Below, one piece after another: positions 1 to 7,894 of a DNA stretch of 44,905 nucleotides. This DNA comes from Deltaproteobacteria bacterium (GTDB taxonomy: Bacteria > Desulfobacterota > QYQD01), in the NCBI GenBank assembly GCA_007280345.1, contig QYQD01000026.1, positions 1-44,905 of the forward strand. The letters are read 5' to 3'. Both the position numbers and the translations under genes were made by a program. Position 1 is the first letter of the stretch, and each line of letters starts with the position of its first letter. The notes under the pieces are model-generated. The model made no database searches, was not told the origin of the DNA, and saw only the letters and a list, made by a program, of their open reading frames with translations.

Positions 1-134
1 CCCCTCTCATCCGCGAGGATCGTGAGATTGGATTGAAGAATTTACAGTTTAATATGCCCGAGTCGTTTGAACGTGAGAACGTTGAGACGTAAAAAGGCAG
101 GGGTCAAGAAATCCGAATTTGTTGTAGTCCTATT

Positions 135-176
135 CGCTAACCGCTATGCGCTATACGCTATACGCTATACGCTATC
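135..176. repeat. Heptamer tandem array (CGCTATA-type, ~6 units)
   Basis: cgctaac cgctatg cgctata cgctata cgctata cgctatc just past the 3' end of the PEP-CTERM gene. Confidence 0.8.
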
Positions 177-188
177 TTTTGCTATACA

Positions 189-938
189 CTACTTTTTAAG
201 CTTCCGCCGGGCTACACAGCCCAGGCTAATCAGCCCGGTTCCCACCAGAAGCATGGTGGCTGGTTCGGGGACACCAGTTGCGCCGTCGTGGGAAAAAGGA
301 CTAAAGATACAGTGGGTCTTGTGGTTGGCCTTGATGTAATGGTCATAAGCGACTATGTCCACCCAGGTATAACCATCAACGGAGATATCGAATTTTTTCG
401 TCTCACCCTTAGCAAGGTCACCCCATTCATCACCGGGGATGTAATTCTGGACCGTCTCGCCCGTGCCAAAATCCCCGATAACATATTCATAATACGAGGT
501 TGGAAACACACCGTGGGGAGGTAATGTATCGCCATCACCCATGATTGGCGTCCCGTCGGGACAAAAAGAAATATAGGGATCAGCGCTATAATCTACCGTC
601 TCATCCAAAATTTCGGAGTCTATAGGCCCATATGGTCCCTTCACGACGGTCCCATTCTCGGTCAGCTCCCCCTTCAGCCAAGTAACCTCTATTGTACCGT
701 CTTGGTCTGTAGGAACCGCAGATGCAAACTTTACATCGTAAATATTCAGGTTTGCCCCGACTACCCAGAGCTCGTAGTCATAAGAGTAAATAACCCACGT
801 TTCGGTGGCAGTATCATACTCAGCCCCCGGAATATATATCTGCAGGTTGGGTATCGCCCAGGCAGACGTGCCAAAGCTCAGGATTACCAGGGTTATTAGC
901 GTCAAGTATCTGTAGATTCGCTTTATCATATATAACAC
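189..938 (-). CDS. PEP-CTERM sorting domain protein (N-terminus resembles choice-of-anchor N type)
   Basis: Signal peptide ending SAWA; mature start IPNLQIYIPGAEYDTATETWV; C-terminal VPEPATMLLVGTGL + TM + basic tail RRKLKK. Start may be 929. Confidence 0.9.
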   Translation of the reverse strand: MLYMIKRIYRYLTLITLVILSFGTSAWAIPNLQIYIPGAEYDTATETWVIYSYDYELWVVGANLNIYDVKFASAVPTDQDGTIEVTWLKGELTENGTVVKGPYGPIDSEILDETVDYSADPYISFCPDGTPIMGDGDTLPPHGVFPTSYYEYVIGDFGTGETVQNYIPGDEWGDLAKGETKKFDISVDGYTWVDIVAYDHYIKANHKTHCIFSPFSHDGATGVPEPATMLLVGTGLISLGCVARRKLKK

Positions 939-1063
939 CTCAAATTAATCAGGACGCTCGCCTGAGGAGGACCGATATCCGCAGAAAAATATTTTCTACA
1001 TTTAAAATCTTGACAATCTGCGTCCAACATGAATAGTAATTCACTTCTTCGCTAATTCATTAA

Positions 1064-1080
1064 TACAATATCTATGCCAA
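1064..1080 (-). promoter_or_regulatory. Putative sigma-54 promoter (-24/-12) of the PEP-CTERM gene
   Basis: Minus strand TTGGCATAGATATTGTA versus consensus TGGCAC-N5-TTGC. Confidence 0.6.
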
Positions 1081-1199
1081 AAGTTGGATAATATCCCAGA
1101 TTGGAAAATATATTAGCCATATCCACAGGTTATGATTATACGGGATTCTCAAGACTAGGATTAGAAAGTTAAAGAAAGAGAAAAGAAATGCCATCTGAA

Positions 1200-1238
1200 T
1201 GGAAAAATACTTCCACTCTATGTGTAAAGTTTTTCACA
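1200..1238. promoter_or_regulatory. Putative tandem enhancer sites for a sigma-54 activator (PrsR-type PEP-CTERM box)
   Basis: TGGAAAAATACTTCCA (1200-1215) and TGTAAAGTTTTTCACA (1223-1238), TGT-N10-ACA type, about 120-160 bp upstream of the sigma-54 site. Confidence 0.5.
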
Positions 1239-1276
1239 TCGAAATTCTCCTGCTCACCGCAAAGGCGTAAAACAAG

Positions 1277-2149
1277 TCAAAACGAAAACTTCTGTCTCTG
1301 GTAATGACGGAGGCAGGTCTTAAGGTTGGTGGCCAGGCCCTTTTTGCTGTTTACTATAAAAAGGTTGTGGTTTATGTGGAAAAGTTCTTCCTTGAGCCGC
1401 ACCACCGGCCTCTGTTTTCTGCCTTCCACCCCGTAAAGGCGGCTTATTTCCTCCTCAAAAAGGGGGACTATTTTATCTTTCATACGAAGCTCGGTATCCA
1501 CCAGAAAGAAAGCCAGATGCGGTGATAGGTCCCCAAGACGTTGATAGAAAGCCCGGACGTCCGCGGCCTCCACGCCCTTCGGCGGAGAGGATTTTACCTC
1601 TACATAGGCCAGGCGGTTATCCAGCCAGGCGATAACATCATAGTCCCCGCCGTGGGGGGTTTCTTTGAACTTTACACCGTAGATAGCCGGGGCCTCAAAT
1701 TCCCGGATGAATACCCGGGCCACAAACCACTCGAGGGTGGGGCCTATACTCGATACCGATTTTATGCCCAAGGCATAGCCACTTTGACCCGATCCGGTAA
1801 CGAGTCCTATCTCCTCAAGAAAACGCAGGTAGTTGGCAGCGGTGCGTGGTGAACAATACCGGGTCAAGTCTTTTAAAGTAAAGTGTTCCTGATGCGCTAT
1901 GAGATCACGCAGAAAAAGCCGGAAGGAATAACGTTGCATTAAGTGATAGAAACATCCCTCTACCCCGGCATCTACCTGAGGGGATAATAATAAGCCTCTA
2001 TCCGGATTATACTGGATCAGATTAAACCCTTTTTGCCGGAGAATAGAGACTACGGTTACATCCTGGCGGGCCAGGCGATGCTCCAGGTGGAGGACCTTAT
2101 CTTTTAGGCGGGTAATCTCTTTCTTCAGCCGCTGAATTTCTTTTTCCAT
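1277..2149 (-). CDS. Hypothetical protein: coiled coil, winged-helix-like region and PD-(D/E)XK nuclease-like domain
   Basis: 290 aa; motifs TLEWFVA...GGDYDVIA...AYVEVKSS fit the (E)..D..ExK restriction-endonuclease fold. Confidence 0.7.
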   Translation of the reverse strand: MEKEIQRLKKEITRLKDKVLHLEHRLARQDVTVVSILRQKGFNLIQYNPDRGLLLSPQVDAGVEGCFYHLMQRYSFRLFLRDLIAHQEHFTLKDLTRYCSPRTAANYLRFLEEIGLVTGSGQSGYALGIKSVSSIGPTLEWFVARVFIREFEAPAIYGVKFKETPHGGDYDVIAWLDNRLAYVEVKSSPPKGVEAADVRAFYQRLGDLSPHLAFFLVDTELRMKDKIVPLFEEEISRLYGVEGRKQRPVVRLKEELFHINHNLFIVNSKKGLATNLKTCLRHYQRQKFSF

Positions 2150-2165
2150 TGTGGATGTATTTATA

Positions 2166-2188
2166 CGCAGGCTAAAGCCTGCGGCTAC
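2166..2188 (-). repeat. GTAG-type REP element, copy 1
   Basis: Reverse complement GTAGCCGCAGGCTTTAGCCTGCG (GTAG + hairpin), identical to 7869-7891. Confidence 0.75.
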
Positions 2189-2211
2189 CCGCTATTCGCT
2201 ATACGCTATAC

Positions 2212-2931
2212 TCAAACCGCCTTTACATAAATATCATGTACGATCTCCGGATCGACCGCTACCGTAGTCTCACCTACCTGTATAATAGGGGAAGGCTTCT
2301 TCTGCCGCAGCTTGATTATACTTCCCGGTACCACACCCAGGGCGCTCAATTTATCCAGCCTGGCCGGAAAATTGGAAGAAATAAAGACAATCCGCCCTTC
2401 TCCGCCCGGATCGAGGTCGCTAAGGGGCATGACCAGGGGCTTTACACTCTTTTCAGGGGCTGTGCAGCATTTTCCTGGTGGAATAGGTTTGCCGTGCGGA
2501 CAGACCGGAGGATGGCCAAGGAAAGTGCAGACACTATCCGTAACCTCCGGGCTCAAAATATGCTCCAATTTACACGCCTCTTTCTCTGCCTCCTCCTCCG
2601 AAAGCTCAAATATCTCCATAAGCAGCCTCTCGGTCAAACGGTGTCTGCGTATAATCCCACGGGCCTTTTCCTCTCCTTTTTCTTTGAGATAGACCTTATC
2701 CCCTTCCCTGGCAAAAAGTCCTTCCTGCTCCATGTAGGAGAGTATATTCCTGGCCTCAGGGTCCGATGCCTCGCTCTGGAGATCGGCCAGGTTTGAAACG
2801 CCGTTTTCACGCAGGTTCCAGATAAATTCCAGCAGTTCATCGATGGCCCGGTCACGGGTTTCTGCTTCCCTGTGACAAAATGGCCCCCGGATATGACAAT
2901 GTGGTTTTCTCTTTCCCCATTTAAATTTCAT
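2212..2931 (-). CDS. DtxR/MntR-family metal-dependent regulator with C-terminal FeoA domain
   Basis: IIRRHRLTERLL, EACKLEH, HPPVCPHGKPIP; FeoA-like PLSDL...KLSALGVVPG...IIQVGETTVAV. Confidence 0.9.
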   Translation of the reverse strand: MKFKWGKRKPHCHIRGPFCHREAETRDRAIDELLEFIWNLRENGVSNLADLQSEASDPEARNILSYMEQEGLFAREGDKVYLKEKGEEKARGIIRRHRLTERLLMEIFELSEEEAEKEACKLEHILSPEVTDSVCTFLGHPPVCPHGKPIPPGKCCTAPEKSVKPLVMPLSDLDPGGEGRIVFISSNFPARLDKLSALGVVPGSIIKLRQKKPSPIIQVGETTVAVDPEIVHDIYVKAV

Positions 2932-3027
2932 AGGTACCTCCCTGCGAATAGCGTATAGCGTTTAGCGGGTAGCGTTCGGCGAAACGAGGAATTCTTTTAT
3001 TTTTAGCTTAACGCTGATCGCTTACAA

Positions 3028-5019
3028 TTATATTTTAAACCCTGTGATTTTTAAAATTAAATTCAGCAGACCTCCCACCGTAAAGGCCACAGCCAGGATA
3101 AAACCACTTATGGCCGCACCAATTTTCCAGCCCCTTTCTTTGACGATGACCAGGAAATTCGCCAGACACGGGACGAACAAGGTCATAGTTACCAATGCCA
3201 CCAGTATCTGTTCGGCGCTCAGCGCATGCGCCCGCGCCAACGCCAGAAGACCGGCTGCGCCATAGTCACGCCGCAAAAAACCGATGAGAAAGGCCTGGGT
3301 GGTCTCTACCGGAAGTCCCAGTACGCCTTTAATAAACGGTGCAGCTCCGTTTTCGATATGTACCATTATCCCGGCCCTATCCAGTATAAAAAGTATAAAT
3401 GTGCTCAGGGCAAAGAGGGGTACGGCCTCTTTTAGATACCACTCAATACGGGACAATGTCTTAATGAGAATATTCCCGATCCTGGGAAGGCGGATAGGCG
3501 GGAGTTCCAGGACAAAATCGGAGGATTCGCCCGGCAGATAGCGTGCCGCCAGGTAGCCGACCACTGCCAGGACGAGGCCTACGACCCCGGCCCAGAGCAC
3601 AACCAGCATGGGAGAAAATCCGGAGAGCATGCCGAAAATAATGGCCATCTGCGCCGAACAGGGGACGCCCAGGGCCAGGAGCAGGGTAACGATAATTCTA
3701 TCCCGCTTGCTTTCCAGGATGCGGGTGGTAAGCGTAGCCATAACGCCACACCCCAGCCCCAGAATCATAGGCAGAATGGCCTTTCCATTAAGACCGATTA
3801 ACCGGAATATCTTGTTACTCATAACCGCCAGCCGGGGCAGATAACCGGAATCCTCCATCAGGCCGAAGGCTATGAAAAAAAAGGTAATAATAGGCAGGAT
3901 CAGGGCAAAGGCATAGGTCATGGCCATGGTCAGAAGACCATACTGACCGACCAGCAGGTCCCTCAGCCAGGCCACCGGCGCCAGGCGCTCGGTCCATCTT
4001 AGGAAAAAGGGGTTGATATACTCTCCGAAAACCGTCTCTTCCATAAAGTCAACGGCCACGCCGGCGCCAAAAACGCCGATTACCTGATAGAGTAAATAAA
4101 CCGCGCCTATCAGAATAACCACGCCCCAAAACGGATGTACGGATAGTTCACCGATGCGGGTGGAGAGCCGCTTCCGTTTGATAGGATTAATCATGGTCAC
4201 CCGGCGCACAATTTCATCCGCCTTTTCCAGACGGGCCTGATTAATCAGATAGCTTATGGGTTGATCGAATCCGGCCTGGCATGATCTCCGGATCGCCTCG
4301 ATCTCATTGACCCTGGATTCCGGCAGGCGTGCATGCAGCCATCGTTTAAGACTTTTATCCCCGGAAAGGAGCATGATAGCGATGGAACGGGGGCTTATAT
4401 TCTCTGCCGGCAGGAAGTCCGCTATCTGAGAAACGGCCTCTTCAAGGGCCGGAGGATAACTTATATGCAATGTGGCCTCTCTCAGATCACCAAGCTCTTC
4501 CGTTATTTTTTCCAGATTCTTTTTCTGTGTGGCTACTGTGGAGATGGCCTTGGCGCCGATCAGCGAGGAAAGTTCCTGGTAATTTATTTTAATGCCGCGT
4601 TCGCGGGCCTCATCCTCCATATTAAGCACAAGAAGGAAAGGCAATCCCATTTCGGCCAATTGGCTGGATATAAGGAGGCTGCGGCGCAGATTTTTGGCAT
4701 CAGCCACCTGGACGATTAAGGCATCCTTCTCATTAAGTAAAATATTGCGCGTAACTATCTCATCTTCAGAGGTGGGCAGCAGGCTGTTTACGCCCGGCGT
4801 ATCCAGCACAGTAACATTTTTACCCCTCCATTTAGTCGTACCATGTGAAACCTCTACGGTCGTCCCCGGATAGTTTGAAACCACTACGTATTTACCGGTC
4901 AGGTAGTTGAAGACCACGCTTTTACCCACGTTCGGGTTGCCGATCAGTATGATTTTCTTTGTTGACTTCCGGTTAATATCCTTACTCTCCATGCCCCTAT
5001 TTTTTCCCCGCTTTCTCAT
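3028..5019 (-). CDS. feoB: Ferrous iron transport protein B
   Basis: G1 GNPNVGKS, NYPGTTV, DTPG, LNMED; EDSGYLPR, gate motifs LGCG/VPCSAQ/FVPCLA. Start 5019 or 4992. Confidence 0.96.
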   Translation of the reverse strand: MRKRGKNRGMESKDINRKSTKKIILIGNPNVGKSVVFNYLTGKYVVVSNYPGTTVEVSHGTTKWRGKNVTVLDTPGVNSLLPTSEDEIVTRNILLNEKDALIVQVADAKNLRRSLLISSQLAEMGLPFLLVLNMEDEARERGIKINYQELSSLIGAKAISTVATQKKNLEKITEELGDLREATLHISYPPALEEAVSQIADFLPAENISPRSIAIMLLSGDKSLKRWLHARLPESRVNEIEAIRRSCQAGFDQPISYLINQARLEKADEIVRRVTMINPIKRKRLSTRIGELSVHPFWGVVILIGAVYLLYQVIGVFGAGVAVDFMEETVFGEYINPFFLRWTERLAPVAWLRDLLVGQYGLLTMAMTYAFALILPIITFFFIAFGLMEDSGYLPRLAVMSNKIFRLIGLNGKAILPMILGLGCGVMATLTTRILESKRDRIIVTLLLALGVPCSAQMAIIFGMLSGFSPMLVVLWAGVVGLVLAVVGYLAARYLPGESSDFVLELPPIRLPRIGNILIKTLSRIEWYLKEAVPLFALSTFILFILDRAGIMVHIENGAAPFIKGVLGLPVETTQAFLIGFLRRDYGAAGLLALARAHALSAEQILVALVTMTLFVPCLANFLVIVKERGWKIGAAISGFILAVAFTVGGLLNLILKITGFKI

Positions 5020-5545
5020 CTGAAAATCCCCCTGTATCCCCCTTTTCCAAAGGGGGAATATGATGGTGCCCCCCTTTACTAAAGGGAGGTGAGGGGGGAT
5101 TTTTCTCTTTTTTCAAGCAATCCGCACATGCACCGTATATCTCTAATCTGTGATCTTTGATAGCGAAATGATGGCGTGCCGCTATCTCCTCCTGCATCTT
5201 TTCGATGCGGTTATCCGTGAATTCAAGTATCTTCCCGCAGGAGATACATATCAGATGGTCATGATGCTCTCCCTGATCAACATTCTCATAACGGGTCTGT
5301 CCATCGGCAAACTTCCTCTCCACCGCCATCCCGCACTCTGTCAGCAGTTTTAGGGTTCGATAGACGGTGGTATAACCTATCCGGGGATTGAAGCGGGCCG
5401 CATGCCGGTAAAGCTCATCTAAGTTTACATGGCCCTTTATACTGAAAAAAATCCGGGCTATCTCATCCCGCTGACGTGAAGACTTGAGCTTCTTCTGGGC
5501 AATATATCCTTTAAGGACACCCTGCTTTTTATTAACAGCTTTCGT
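4997..5545 (-). CDS. fur: Fur-family transcriptional repressor (full length, apparent non-canonical ACG start)
   Basis: Frame stays open upstream of the 5329 ATG, giving KAVNKKQGVLKGYIAQKKLKSSRQRDEIARIFF...IGYTTVYRTLKLL; then HHDHLICISCGK and GACADC. GGAGG lies 8 nt before ACG at 5545. Confidence 0.88.
   Translation of the reverse strand, partial: TKAVNKKQGVLKGYIAQKKLKSSRQRDEIARIFFSIKGHVNLDELYRHAARFNPRIGYTTVYRTLKLLTECGMAVERKFADGQTRYENVDQGEHHDHLICISCGKILEFTDNRIEKMQEEIAARHHFAIKDHRLEIYGACADCLKKEKNPPSPPFSKGGHHHIPPLEKGDTGGFSDEKAGKK
5024..5102. repeat. Double-hairpin palindromic element (AAATCCC...GGGATTT), copy 1, inside the fur 3' end
   Basis: Two CCCCTTT..AAAGGG(G) hairpins within terminal inverted ends; related copies at 6129-6204 and 11224-11300. 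Confidence 0.8.
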
Positions 5546-5583
5546 GGAAACGCCCTCCCTTCACCTGCAAGCCTCCCCTTAAA

Positions 5584-5606
5584 ATGAAAATGAATTTCAT
5601 TTTCAT
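5584..5606. promoter_or_regulatory. Fur-box-like operator upstream of fur-feoB
   Basis: Perfect 11-1-11 palindrome ATGAAAATGAA-T-TTCATTTTCAT; TTGACA on minus strand at 5639-5634. Confidence 0.75.
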
Positions 5607-5744
5607 AATCTATTTAAGACATCCTCCGGGTCTTGTCAAGGGAAATAAGCGCTGGAATATTGGGTGTTGACTTTTATCCACAATTAACTTAGCTATAAGG
5701 GCCTATAGCGTTACCTTAAATCCCAGACTTAACCAGGATAAGAA

Positions 5745-5912
5745 ATGCCCTGTAAGACATGCGGCGGCCAGCTCTCCATCGTCAGGACCTGAAGGGACGT
5801 AATCCTGCGCTGCAAGGATTGCGGCCGCAAATATACAGTTAAAGAACTGCTTGGCGAACTGGATGAAGATTTACTGGAGCGGATCGCCATGATCCGGTGT
5901 GACCGGGTCTAA
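5745..5912 (+). CDS. Dual-CXXC small selenoprotein (55 aa, Sec at codon 16)
   Basis: MPCKTCGGQLSIVRT-U-RDVILRCKDCGRKYTVKELLGELDEDLLERIAMIRCDRV; TGA at 5790-5792 lies between two CxxC motifs and is followed by a SECIS-like hairpin. Confidence 0.8.
5798..5823 (+). promoter_or_regulatory. Putative bacterial SECIS hairpin
   Basis: CGTAATCCT pairs with AGGATTGCG around GCGCTGCA; the apical loop starts with G about 16 nt after the UGA. Confidence 0.65.
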
Positions 5913-6128
5913 TCCCATGAATAGCCCGAAGACCAAAAACAACCTGCCGGTAATCCCTTCCAAGCTAAAAAACGCCCCTAATCCTTCAAATGCCGCAAAA
6001 TTTCTCGACGTTATAAAATCAGACCTCGCCCGGAATATCTATAATAAATATGGCGTTGTCCCTCACTTCGTATAGTTTTAGCAAACACTGTCTAAAAATA
6101 GAGTGTTGTTTTATACCAAGTTGCGTTC

Positions 6129-6204
6129 AAATCCCCCTTAATCCCTCTTTTTCAAAGGGGGATATAATCTCCCCCTCTTTGTAAAGAGGGGTCAGGGGAG
6201 ATTT
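6129..6204. repeat. Double-hairpin palindromic element, copy 2
   Basis: aaatcccccttaatccctctttttcaaaggggg...ccccctctttgtaaagaggggtcaggggagattt. Confidence 0.75.
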
Positions 6205-6268
6205 TATCAGGTAATCCTCCACACTATTCCCGGAAGAACTCAATATTTTCTGTAATTTGGACGGAGGA

Positions 6269-6991
6269 TTAGGAGGCTTGTTTTATCTCTTCAATTATAC
6301 GACGGGCAGCTTCTTGAGGATTTTGGGCGGTTCGGATAGGTCTTCCCACTACTATATAATCGGCGCCATTAAGAATAGCCTCCCGGGGAGTGACAATCCT
6401 TCTCTGGTCATCATCGGATGTAACACTCCAGGCCGGCCGTATGCCGGGGGTAACGATGAGAAAATCCCTTCCTAACCGTTCTCTTATAGCCTTAACTTCC
6501 TGACCGGAAGATATGACGCCGCTGCATCCCGCTTCTCCGGCTACCATGGCCCTCTGCACCACAAGGCAGGAAACATCATCGATAAACTCCCCGGCCAAAC
6601 CCTGGACAGCGAGATCATCTCTTCCTATACTGGTCAGAAGGGTTACTCCAAGTACCTTTGTCCCGGCGCCGGTAGCTATGGATATGGCCCCGGCCAGACG
6701 TCTGCCCGTATCACAGTGAATGGTCACAAAGTCAACGCCGTATCCGGAGATAACGGATAAGGCCCTTTTTACCGTCTCCGGTATGTCGTGGAGTTTCAGG
6801 TCGAGAAAGATTCCGGCCTCTGTCTCTTCTTTGATCTTCTTCAGGATAGAAGGGCCTTCCGCGATAAACAACTCCAGCCCGATCTTAAATACACCAACTG
6901 TACCGGCAAGAAGACGTACGTATGTCGAAGCCTCTTTCCAGGAAGGGAAGTCCAGAGGAAATATGAGCCTGTCTTTGGGGGTTAGAGACAT
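6269..6991 (-). CDS. pyrF: Orotidine-5'-phosphate decarboxylase
   Basis: LIFPLD, FKIGLELF, FLDLKLHDIPETV, VTPGIRP, IVVGRPI. Confidence 0.97.
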   Translation of the reverse strand: MSLTPKDRLIFPLDFPSWKEASTYVRLLAGTVGVFKIGLELFIAEGPSILKKIKEETEAGIFLDLKLHDIPETVKRALSVISGYGVDFVTIHCDTGRRLAGAISIATGAGTKVLGVTLLTSIGRDDLAVQGLAGEFIDDVSCLVVQRAMVAGEAGCSGVISSGQEVKAIRERLGRDFLIVTPGIRPAWSVTSDDDQRRIVTPREAILNGADYIVVGRPIRTAQNPQEAARRIIEEIKQAS

Positions 6992-7099
6992 AATTTCACC
7001 GCAAGACGCCCCAGTACGGTCGGTTCCTCCCTACGGGGCAGGCAAAGGGCGCAAAGTTTAATTCTTTTGTCATATTACAAGGTGTCTCTTTTATCTATC

Positions 7100-7894
7100 T
7101 TAATATCCTTTCTTCAAATACAGGAGAAATTCTCTATTGCCCTTGGCGCCCAGAATGGGCGACTCAATAAGACCTATGGGAATCAGGCCGATGTCTCCCG
7201 CAAATGTCTGTATTTTTTCAGTCGACTGCATCTGAAGCGCCGGGTCACGGACTATGCCCCCCTTCCCCACCTGTCCTTTTCCAACCTCAAACTGAGGTTT
7301 AACCAGCGCTACTATCTCCGCCTGCTCTTTTAGCAGGGTAACGACTACCGGGATAACCTTGGTCAGGGAAATAAAGGATACGTCTATGACCACTATGTCC
7401 GCTTTTTCGCCTATGTCTTCCGGCCCCAAGTAACGAATATTTTTTCGCTCCAGAGATATGACGCGCTCATCCTGTCTAAGCTTCCAGTCGAGCTGCCCAT
7501 ATCCCACGTCTATGGCATAGACCCGCCGGGCCCCATGCTTCAGGAGGCAGTCCGTAAACCCGCCCGTCGAGGCCCCGACGTCAATAGCCACCCTGCCCTG
7601 GATGTCTATACCAAAGGCCTTTATGGCCTCCTCTAACTTTAGACCGCCCCGGCTGACATACGGTATGTCAGGCTCTTTCAATAAGATATAAGCATCCACC
7701 GGCACCATAGCCCCGGCCTTGGTTACCGGGACCCCATTAATCAGAACCGATCCCGCCATTATCAGGGCCCGGGCCCGCTCCCGACTCGAAACCAGACCTT
7801 GATCCACAAGTATCTTATCCAGCCTCTGTTTATGGAGATGTTTTGACAGGCGTTCAGCCATCAGCTTGGTAGCCGCAGGCTTTAGCCTGCGCAT
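7100..7894 (-). CDS. tlyA: TlyA-family rRNA methyltransferase
   Basis: S4 domain RLDKILV, YVSRGGLKL, DVGASTGGFTDCLL, DVSFISL, KPQFE, GNREF; TAATG overlap with dxs. Confidence 0.95.
   Translation of the reverse strand: MRRLKPAATKLMAERLSKHLHKQRLDKILVDQGLVSSRERARALIMAGSVLINGVPVTKAGAMVPVDAYILLKEPDIPYVSRGGLKLEEAIKAFGIDIQGRVAIDVGASTGGFTDCLLKHGARRVYAIDVGYGQLDWKLRQDERVISLERKNIRYLGPEDIGEKADIVVIDVSFISLTKVIPVVVTLLKEQAEIVALVKPQFEVGKGQVGKGGIVRDPALQMQSTEKIQTFAGDIGLIPIGLIESPILGAKGNREFLLYLKKGY
7869..7891 (+). repeat. GTAG-type REP element, copy 2, within the tlyA 5' end
   Basis: GTAGCCGCAGGCTTTAGCCTGCG identical to copy 1. Confidence 0.75.

Noticed and set aside
1-14. CCCCTCTCATCCG resembles the 3' end of a tRNA (T-stem, acceptor, discriminator G)
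   Set aside because: Only about 13 nt are in the window; it cannot be supported without upstream sequence.
135-176. Tandem repeats as a possible CRISPR array
   Set aside because: 7-bp units without spacers and no cas genes; no repeat-spacer array anywhere in the window.
5674-5682. Perfect DnaA box TTATCCACA
   Set aside because: Single copy with no box cluster or oriC context; could be chance.
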